From Chrysomallon squamiferum (Eukaryota; Animalia; Mollusca), in the NCBI GenBank assembly GCA_012295275.1, contig CM022665.1:27280001-27344000 (forward strand): a DNA stretch of 64,000 nt. Reading direction: 5' to 3'. Position 1 is the first letter of the stretch; each line of letters starts with the position of its first letter. The notes below the pieces were generated by a model that made no database searches, was not told where the DNA came from, and worked only from the letters and a program-made list of their open reading frames with translations. The position numbers were made by a program, and so were the translations under genes. This document shows positions 53,881-64,000 of this stretch, in pieces.

Positions 53881-55037
53881 TACATATTACTGAAGGTGTC
53901 ATGTTGACGTGCATTTGTCTTGGCAAGCGTTTTGAGCTGTGGTTTATCTGTAACAAGAAACTTATCACACCTGAACACACTTGTTTAATCTGTCCTGTGG
54001 TTTTTCTTAAATAACACTGATCACTTGAACGTGACTATACAGCATACTCTGTGACTGTATTGCATATCTGTCACTGTTCAACATACCCACAGTGTGGTGA
54101 TCAAGGCTTTCCAGTGACAAACTACCATCACCTACCCTGTTGTCAGACATAGGCTAGGAATGTTTGATCACTTTATCAGAGTTTACGGGGGTCTTAGGAC
54201 TGCCATTGTGTTAACAGTATTGATATAAAGCACACAAGACAGAAATTGTAACATATTACGAAAACTCTTAATCGTATGCCAACTCCTTCACACCTCTTGT
54301 GTACATTGGCTGACAGAAACAATTATTGGGCGTGAAGGAACAATTGATCTCCAAGCAGGGGGATTTCATCCTGTTTGGTTAATCAGTGTGACCATTCTGA
54401 CTGTAGGCCAGCAGTGACTTATTTGAAGCTGGCTGGCGCCAGACCTATTCAAACTGATTTCACCTTTGTTTGCCTCCAATTCACCCTGGATTGTGACCCC
54501 ACTCAAACAAACACCTTACAGACAGATTGAACTGGTGCTTTGTTAATAGAGGGTAGATAGAAAAAAAATGAACACAATCTGTAATAATAATGCACTGTGA
54601 TTAATTCCAGGTCTTCTGATAGCAAGATGGGACAATGATACAGCATGTATGTAGGTAATCAATATGAAAATAATAGATAAAAGGCGAGACATGTTTTGTC
54701 CAATATCTAACAAGCACACTATCACTTTGTTTGATCCCTTTGTTGTAATACAATCCTTGGTCCTTCATCTTTTCCATTCTCAGCATTCATTTTTAATAAC
54801 TTTATAAATGTCATAGAAATAGTGTTCTGATATATTTGATTACTTCTATGCTGCAGACTTTGATAATAAAAATATTGTTACAAAGTTAATCAATAGCATC
54901 CATCTCAAGCATTTTTCAATATTCCATGAGTTTTCTTAGAAAGCAGTAATCAATTACAGTCCATTCTGTTTCAGTCAGTCTTGATAAAATAATAGTTTAA
55001 ATCATGATACCAGATTACTTTCTGATTAGTTTTTAAG

Positions 55038-55052
55038 TGTGTGTGTGTGTGA

Positions 55053-55090
<38 letters not shown>
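55038..55090. repeat. (TG)n microsatellite
   Basis: Direct inspection. Confidence 0.95.
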
Positions 55091-55092
<2 letters not shown>

Positions 55093-56411
55093 ATATAAAT
55101 TTTATGCCTGTATATGTACAAATTTATACAAATGTTCTCTTTTAACATTAAAAACTAAATAGTTTATAGAATTTGTCAGAGAAATTAATTGGAATGTCTA
55201 ATGTGTTATTAAATGAAAACTAATGTCACATACAGAATATTACCTATATACTGAAGAAGCTAAAATTTAATTTAAAGACCCCAGAAGTAGGTCTTTTGCA
55301 TTAAAAATGTTTTTTTGATTTAACATATATTGACAAGTATAAATTGCAGCTTGTACAAAGATCTCTCCTTTGCCACATAGCTACGTAGCAATTTCACACC
55401 AGTTTCAGATCGTGTCATTATTTTTCCTGATTTAATCTCAAATTGGGTGAACCCATGTATAAATCTGCTCATGAAAAGATTGCCTACTCTCTTGTATGTA
55501 TCCTGCCTGAGTGAATCAGAATCAAATTTGTCAAATTTCTTATCCTCAATTATGTCCAACTCATCCCTATATCATTATTATTTCATCCCATGAATTTTTT
55601 TTTTTTTTCTTTTTCTGGTTCGAGAAAAGAGATAGAAACTTGATTGTCAAAGAGGAAAAAAAAAAATTCTATGGATAGAAATCTGTCGTTTCTCTTGACA
55701 CTATTTTCTTACCAACAAATCTAGTAACACATATAATAATTATATTGGCGGACACAGACCTTTGGTTTGTTTTATTGTGTTATGAGTAATAGCTTGAACA
55801 AAGCACAATATTTACTATTTACCTGCATTTCTTTCAACACTATCACCAACAATGAAAGAGATAAGACCAGAACCAACCATGCCTAAGAGCAGTGTTGGCC
55901 ACAATAAGTGTTGGCGTCATGACAACAAAAGCTGGCTCATCATAAGAGCATACCCCCCTGAGGAGTGGCAGACAGTGTGTCTCGTGCCCCTACTCAAACC
56001 TTGTGTTTGTATCCTTTCATTGTGGCAAATGTCTCACTTTTGTATCCTTTCTGTGGCTGCTTCACACACTTTGCCAAAGCCAGCAGAAAATAGAAAAATA
56101 CGATGAAGAACTGAAAAATTGTATGATTACTTTTGTTGTCTAGGATTCCTTGCTTGGCTAATTTTGTTTGATCTGTCAGTGTGTAAAGACTTTGACATTT
56201 TCTTCTTTTCTTTTCTGATGTTGGGTCAGTCAGTTGTCCACTGGCTTCTTCTGACCAGGCTGAGACATCTGTCTGATGGTTTCAATATGTCAGTCTGATG
56301 TCTTTGTTACCATAAATAATCTGTGGTCATAGACACTGTCATTGTTATCTGTCATTTTGGGGTATTAATATAGATTTTTATATATTTTTTTTATTACTTT
56401 GACAAAAAACT

Positions 56412-56560
56412 GGGGAGAAGCTTTTAACTCTGTGGTAGAGCAATAGTCTAGAGTGAAGTGGGTGTTTTCCAATATGTCTAATGGTTTATTCATTATCCAG
56501 TTTTGTAACCTGATCTAAAAATCTGTGACATGTACTGTCCCACTTGAGTGAAATATCTTA
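56412..56560 (+). mobile_element. Decayed tRNA-derived SINE
   Basis: TAACTCTGTGGTAGAGCA matches the A-box fragment at 13030. TGGTTTATTCATTATCCAG resembles the body segments at 43621-43643 (minus strand) and 10621-10640. Confidence 0.5.
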
Positions 56561-57089
56561 ATTGAACATAAGCAGAAGATTAAAACTTTTTTTTTACATA
56601 AAGAAGCAAAATGTTATTTGTATATAAACATATCTGGCACATCTATTTACTGATGATTATTTTGTATTCTAGTTTCAATAAATCAAAGGACTTGTCATGT
56701 GTTAATTTACTAGTTGAAAACAAATTAAAAAAATTAAAAAATCCAACATTTTCTCCAACTACTTCTGATTAAAAATCAACAAAAAAACCCTCACTAATTT
56801 AAATATATCATCTCTTAGAATTTCATAATGAAAAGAACCCTTTCACAAAGATTTAGTCTCTTTTATATTAACTGACCAATCAGTTTAAAGTAATTCACTG
56901 GCATAGTATTGGCAATTAGATCATTAACGTGTGTGTTATATAATTTACTGAATACCACATGTAACTATGTTTATATGTATGGTGTAACTCTCTGAAGCAT
57001 GACTCTCTAAAACAGTTAGCACCAGACTTGAGCTGCTTTGATCAGATATCATAACAACATGGCCCAGGGTGAGACTGCACTCTGTGTCT

Positions 57090-58640
57090 AGTCACTTCAC
57101 ATTAGGTATCTGTATGATGACAGAGAAACCAGTAGTCAGATACTCCTACACAACCAAGTTTGTAGGTTTGCTTCACATTAGGTGGCCCTTGTAATGGTTA
57201 CCAGAAGTCACCAAGTCTGTTTAGCTAACATATTAGGAATGTCTAAAAGAAATGGAAATCTTATTTTGTATGTTATTCTGATACAACCATGTTTTAGGTT
57301 TGCTTCACATTAGGTGGCCTGTGTAATGATTGCCAGAAGTCACCAAGTCTGTTTAGCTTAGGTATCGGGAATGAAGACTGCTAAATGAAATGGAAATCAT
57401 ATTTTGTACTTGCTTTTATAGAACTAAGGTAGCTTGTTTAATGAATGCCTGAAATAACCAGTTCTGTTTTGCTTAGGTGTACCTAATAAGATTTCAAAAA
57501 AAAAAAAAAAAATAAAGCACTTGTATTTTGTCTGCTATTCTCATTCATCCAATTTTGTAAATTTCTTCATAATATGAGGTCATAAGAGATTGATCTTCTT
57601 GGTGTTATTTAAAGAAAAATCTATTGAAGTATTTTGTGGTTGCTTTGTACTTATATATATATATAATACTACTACAAGAAAAAGCAGTCCCAGTTTATAA
57701 CTGTTTTACTCATAATCATTTTATATTTAGCATCTTTTCTTAATATTGTTAAAAGTAAATCAGTCATATTTTAAAGCTGATTGTTACTGATTTTAAAATT
57801 TGCTTCATGTCAGATAGGCTTTGATGATAACTGTCAGAGTAAGAGGAAATCATATTTTGTTACAATTCTTCTTGTAAGACCATAGTTGTTCCCTAACTAG
57901 ATTATACTTGAGTGGCTTCTATAATAATCATCAGCAAACCGTCTATCATTATTTTCTAGTTGTTCTTAGTGTTACACTTAAAGTGTGTTCATGTTAGATG
58001 TCATGTATGATAGCTGTCAAAGAAGACAGTAGTCATAATTTCCAGTTCATCTTGTTCCATGTAGTCACTTCATATTATGTCTTTCTGATAATCAAGTATA
58101 TCAGCATTCAGTAGTCACTCTTTCACTCAGATTTGAAGTCATTTCACATTAGAGAGTTTTCTTGATTTGGACAGAAGTATCAGAATACATTAGTAACTCT
58201 GGCTGTCTGTTTTCAAGGCATTTCTTATTATATTTCTTTTTGACAATAATCAGAAGTATCAGCAGTTCTGTAGTAACTTGCTTTCAGATTTGAAGTCATT
58301 TCTTATTAGATATCATTCTCATGATAATCAGAATTATCAATGGTTTTCTGAAACTCTTGTACTCCGTTTTGAAAGTCATTCAGACATTACATTTTTTTTT
58401 TTCTAATATAAGTTAGACATACAGATAGTTCTGCAGTCACTGTTGTTGTCTTTTTTCACATTATTTAGTATCAGAAAATATGAGAACTCTTTGGTTATTC
58501 TTGCATCTGATGTAAATTCATTTAATATTATGTTATGATCTAATGATAATCAGAAGTATAATAGTTTGGTAGTAACTTTTGCTGAAAGTTTTCAAGTTAT
58601 TTCACATTAAACATGATTCCTGGTGATGGTCAGAAAACAT
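57090..58640. repeat. Old composite satellite array: 132-bp duplication, then ~78-bp units
   Basis: AGGTTTGCTTCACATTAGGTGGCC...CCAGAAGTCACCAAGTCTGTTTAGCT is duplicated with a 132-bp offset (cores at 57171 and 57303). TTCACATTAG-like cores at about 58068, 58142, 58221, 58299, 58380, 58455, 58520 and 58600, with recurring ATAATCAGAAGTATCAG. Confidence 0.8.
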
Positions 58641-59649
58641 GGCAGCCCTGTTTTGTCTGGATGATTAACATCTGAAAATACCACTCTGTGATAAGCATCT
58701 AGAGTAAACCTTGTACCAATTTACTGCAGTGCTAGCAAATAAACCCTGAAGCTTGTCAACAGTTCTGAAGTTCTTTTTTCACTCATTAGAAATCTGCTGA
58801 CAGTTTTAAGGGGCTCCTGGTAATGTATATTTATGTATATATATTCAAAACGGCTAGACTTGGTATTAGCTAATCAGTAAGTATATTGATCATCCAACAT
58901 GATGCCTTGAAGAACAAACTTGTGTTATGAATGGGGTGACTAATTGTAACTGACAGCTATTTCATCCATTGCTCATGAGTCTACTTTCATTAGCTGTCCC
59001 TCCTGGACTGGTTTTTAAAGGTCTACTGGTAGTCATTCTTTTTGTTTATCATGTCACTGTGTTGATGGCTGCATGATAAGGCGTTGAGCCATTCACCAGT
59101 GTGGCGCCAGTGAGGTGTTCTAGCCCAAGTCTCATAACAGAGAGAGTGAGTGAGTGAGGAAGGAACAGATAAGCTTTCTGTACATACTGGGAACTAATAG
59201 ATTGTACACCAGATAGATTTCCCAGTGGAAATGATTCAGCATCACAAGTCTTGTTACGTAGTTGTTAGTAATTTACAAACAGATAGAGGTGCCATATGTC
59301 TCTGAGATGAAATAATGTAACCATAATTTATTGCCTTAACTCTTTCTTTCAAATGGCTTGTGCTTTCAGTGATGAAAAAAAAAAAAAAAAAAAAAAAAGG
59401 ATATTTATTTTTTTGATAATAATAATAAATTCTTTTTTTTTTTTAAATTAACAGATAAAAATGATTGCAGGGTTTAAAAATATAGTTTCATGTAAATTGT
59501 GACAGATATGAGAGCTTTTGAAAATATCTAAAACTATTTAACAGAGAAAAAAATCATAAATAACATAGAAGAATCAGAAAAGACTAAAAAGAAAGATAAA
59601 ACTGAATAAATATAATAATTTATAATAAATATGTTAACATGTGTTACCT

Positions 59650-59900
59650 AATAAATGCAGTTGTCAAAATAGTCCCACTCAACACATACAGTTACTAATA
59701 TAACCCAGTATAAAATAATTTCCAAATAACATACACAGTTACCAATAAAATGTTACATAATACAAGCAGTTACTAATACAGTCCCATATAACAGTTTCTA
59801 AAATAATTCCACTTAACACATACAGCTATGAATATAATCCCACACCACACATACAGTTACTAATGTAATTCTACATAAGCACATACAGTTACTATTACAA
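59650..59900. repeat. Degenerate 31-32-bp minisatellite
   Basis: ACACATACAGTTACTAAT-like unit. CAGTTA-like cores at about 59658, 59689, 59736, 59767, 59791, 59823, 59854 and 59886. Confidence 0.8.
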
Positions 59901-61304
59901 TGGTCTCTAACCCATGATGCTGCCTGCATAATAGTACCTGACACCACAGTTTGCCAATATAACTCTATCTAATACCTGCTTTGCCAGTACAATGCTACAT
60001 TAGACACATGCAGTGCCAGCATAATGCACTGGAAGGTGTTAGGTCATTGTCTATAATGAAAGGTACACAGAAACCTCCATGTGCAGTGATAAGAAGAAGC
60101 TCAGCAATTTTGTGTAACAATAAACAGACAGATAAGTGCCAGTAATAGGACCGACTAACTAAATAGTGTCTGCAAACATCAAAAGCACCTGGCTCCACAA
60201 ACAAATAGCCTGACACATGGTTTTAAACACTCTCCAACATCATCTCTCTGCTGAATTGTATTTTCTCCACATAGGACAAGATCTTAATTTGATTATCTTG
60301 ATAAATAAACATAGATTTTGAAATTTCTTTAATCTGCAATATAGAGTTATCCGGTTGACAAAAAACATGACATGGTGTGGTTCAAAATCTACCAGATTAT
60401 ATCAAGACTAATAATTCTTGTTAAATGGTTATGTATTGAGATTACTTGTTGCTCTGACTTGTGGATATAAAATGAAAATATCTTGAATCAACAGCAAGTC
60501 TGATTGTATGGACTGGAGTCAGTACGGTCCTCTAAAGGGTAAATCAGGTTAATTATTTCAGGACACAGTTCACTTCCATCTTAAATTATCAAATTGTAGG
60601 AAAGCATTTATCTCCACAGCCAATCTATTAACAATGAAAAGGATTATAGATTCATTTTTAAACATTTTAAATGTTTTAAAAAAAATATTTTTCCTGCAGT
60701 TTAAAAAAAAGAAAACAAAAAAGAAAAAAGAAATAAGATATAAACACATAACAAGCCAATATACTGTGAGAATAAACAGTAATACTTTCAGCATGTTTTT
60801 ATCAGAGAAACATTCCAGCATGTCTCTTTCAGAGACTATTCTAACATGCCTGTCATGGGCACAGACTCTGACTTTAACCAGATATTTAAAAATTTGGACA
60901 CCCCCCCATTTTGTTTATCTTCAACACCACACATAGACTGTTGTTGAAGTTCACTGCCTTCTTGATTGTGATCTGTCTGTGTCTGTTGTCGGCACACTCC
61001 ACTAACAAAAGCTGATGATCAGTGCAAACAAACATCTTTTGTCACAAGCATGGGTTACCTGCTTCCCGGCCACTAGCAGGGAGGTGCATCTTGTGTGGAG
61101 TCTTATCAGCACCTCCTCAACAGTGTCCTGTCAGTGGGAGAACAGAGAGACTCTCACATGGGGCTATCGACCAGTATTACTGAACTGTTTTTCTTGTAAT
61201 TCCTAACCCTGTTTATAAAACAAACATAAAATGAGTCTATTGTTTTTCTTCACTGCAGTTTAATGATGAAAAACAATTATTGCAGTATTAGACATGCAGC
61301 ATGA

Positions 61305-61334
61305 ATTATTATTATTATTATTATTATTACTGTT

Positions 61335-61420
<86 letters not shown>
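61305..61420. repeat. (ATT/ATC)n microsatellite
   Basis: Direct inspection; explains the poly-Ile ORF. Confidence 0.96.
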
Positions 61421-61421
<1 letters not shown>

Positions 61422-63293
61422 TCAGATGATTTTTTTCCAGTTAAATATATTTGACCCTCTCTGTTATTAGAAATATACATTACAAAGCTATTATTTCTTA
61501 TGACACTTTGTGCTGTTTAAACTGTGTGTTATAACTGTTACTTAAGATAATATTTTCTGCTGTTAAAGGTTATATGATATATCCCTGTTATTTCTGATGA
61601 TGTTTCTGTTATATGATGTTAAAAATGTTTGCTATAAACCAATTATTTCACACCACACTTTCTACTACTGAAGATTAAGATGCTGTAAGACTGTTACTTC
61701 TGCAGGTCCCTCATCAGCTGCTGCAGTTCATTGAGCTAGGAGCAGATGCTTACCATGTTAATTGCATGGACAGTTGATGCTGAAAGGCAATAAATGTCTC
61801 TCATAATTTCAGCTGGACAATGGCATGAGATCTTCGGCAGTGGAGTGCAGGCAATGATAGCTGTATAATGAATTACTGGCCTGAGTGTATTGATTCATCT
61901 CATCATGGTGGATATTATTATCATCATTATTTTTTGTTTTGCATTAAATCCATGCCCGAGAAGACTTTTTCATTCTTTATTATTATTATTTTTTTTAAAT
62001 GTCTCCATTTTGAGTTCATGTAAAGATCATTTTATTCCATTTTCGAAAAAAATAAATAAATTATAGGAAAGCAAGAAAAACAGAGAGAAGCCAAAAAAAA
62101 TCTCATATCCTGAAAATGAGTTCTTCATAATTATACAAGTTGATCCCATTTTTCTGGGGTTTTAAAATTAATGTGCTTGTGTCCAATTAAGGTTCAAGTA
62201 CATTGTACATAATATGCAGTTCAGGAAATGGATTCTATTGAAACTGGATAAAACTTGAAAATATTTTTTTTAAATAATAATAGTTGCATACTTGATCCAT
62301 ACACACACACAGAGAGTACATTGTCACTCTTTTCTCTTGCACACAAAGAAAACTTCTTCTGCCCACACATTTTTTTAACACACAGTTGTCTCAGTACTGT
62401 TCTTTTAACAGTATTTAAATTAATAGCTATGTCATATACACACACTGAGAGGCAGACAGACACCATCTGGTCTTGTAGAGTCAATTTTTATAACTGACAA
62501 TTTACACTCAAAGTAATGCTATTTTGAAATCATTATGACAGTGTTGTTTTTAACATCAGTAAAATAGCTTTTAGACTACACACACAATATTTCATTGAGT
62601 ACATTTTCAAATTAAAATGATAACAAAATAAAATTTCTTTCAATTACCTCTGAATTGTTTTAACTGGAAAATTTTAAAATAAAAAATAGTTTTTGTTACC
62701 TAAAAATCATTTTAACTAACAATGTTTCTTATTTATAAATATTATTTTTTCTATTATTATTTATTTCCTTTCTATATATATACATTTTTTTTTGTGAATA
62801 GTTTTTATTTACATGCAACCTTCTTCTTTTTCCTTTTTTTATATCTTTAATATCATTTTTTACTAACAATATTCTTAATTTAAATTTAATCATTTTTCAT
62901 TTCTTTTTTTTTTTTTTTTTATCCTTTAATAGCATTGTTTCAGTCATAATGGTTTCATGATTTAAAGCCAAATCTGTTTATATAAAAATATTTATCTTGG
63001 CCAGACACATTGTTTTCCGTGTGTACAGATCTTTCCTGATGCTTTCAACGCATATGTGATTCCACATCAGGGCATGTGCTGATAATTTCAAGAAGGATGA
63101 ATGCTTGTCATCGTGTTTACATCAGCATCACTTATCTCAACATCATACATCTGTTCTAAGATATTCCACTTCTTGTATATTCTCAACTCACCTTTAACAT
63201 CCTAGCCTTTAAATCATTATGTGTATGTAAGTCTGGGCATATCTGTATGTCTCTTTGTTTATATAAAACTTTTGCATTTTTCTCTTTCTCTCT

Positions 63294-63410
63294 ATGTATA
63301 TGTGTGTATGTGTATGTATGTATGTATGTATGTATGTATGTATGTATGTATGTATGTATGTGTATGTATGTATGTATGTATGTATGTATGTATGTATGTA
63401 TGTATGTATC
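63294..63410. repeat. (TATG)n microsatellite
   Basis: Direct inspection; explains the (MYVC)n ORFs. Confidence 0.96.
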
Positions 63411-64000
63411 TATCTCATTCCTTTTCTTTTGCTGGTTTAAATAGGTGGGATTGTGTGGGTTTTTTTTTTAGTATTTAGAATACAATTTATTAGCAAATGA
63501 TTTTCATATTTTAGATGTTAACAAAGAAATGATTTTTTGGTATTAATGATAATAAAAAAAAAAAAGAACCAAAATTCTGTTAATCAGCTGTGTAGTAAAT
63601 GTTTGCCTGATGACAGGGTTAGGACATGATTACAGAAACAAGTAGGATTGTCATCATTATAAAGAAAAAGAAATTGGATAGCAAATAATATCTGATCAGG
63701 TATCACTATACTTCATTACAAAAATAGATGAAATGATTTATTATCTGTGCTCCCTTTGGATCTGTTTAATATATGAATAAAATAACTGTTTCACTATTAT
63801 AACAATTTACTTATCAACTAACACTATTTATTTTTCTAGTATTTCAATTGAACTGTTGATTTCCAGTCTTCAGCATGTCCTTCTCACCTCCTGTCTGAAT
63901 CTGTTCTCTAGACCATTCCTTACTTTTAACTAAATGTTCTTCAGGAATTTGGCTTATTCCTGACATTTCCATAAAAGCTTGCTATCTGGTCAGGCTCAGT

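Larger units (their letters stand above)
36052..64000 (+). other. Intron following the TRIM9 RING/B-box exon (probably extends beyond the window)
   Basis: GT donor at 36052 directly after ALGALCKSQK, where I recall vertebrate TRIM9 exon 1 also ends. Composition drops to AT-rich immediately. No coiled-coil, COS, FN3 or SPRY exon recognised by eye downstream, though a short exon could have been missed. Confidence 0.7.

Overview
AT-rich animal genomic DNA with many microsatellites. It is probably molluscan; this is inferred from the protein and SINE style and not verified. Only one coding exon is recognisable: the first coding exon of a TRIM9/TRIM67-family E3 ligase (35281-36051, +; split RING, B-box1, B-box2), ending at a phase-0 GT donor. 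I found no later TRIM9 exon, so the intron appears to run past the window end (>27 kb). The ~35 kb upstream has no recognisable gene. The strongest large-scale signal is an abrupt switch at this exon from CpG-retaining sequence to CpG-depleted sequence, as expected from invertebrate gene-body methylation. Long (GA/CT)n tracts occur only up to 36845. The window also alternates, roughly every 1 kb, between complex GC-richer islands and AT/microsatellite troughs. Other content: several decayed tRNA-derived SINE copies, one hAT-type MITE and several old minisatellites. Nearly all other ORFs in the track are microsatellite or chance ORFs. I found no convincing new coding system; the findings are regulatory or structural hypotheses.
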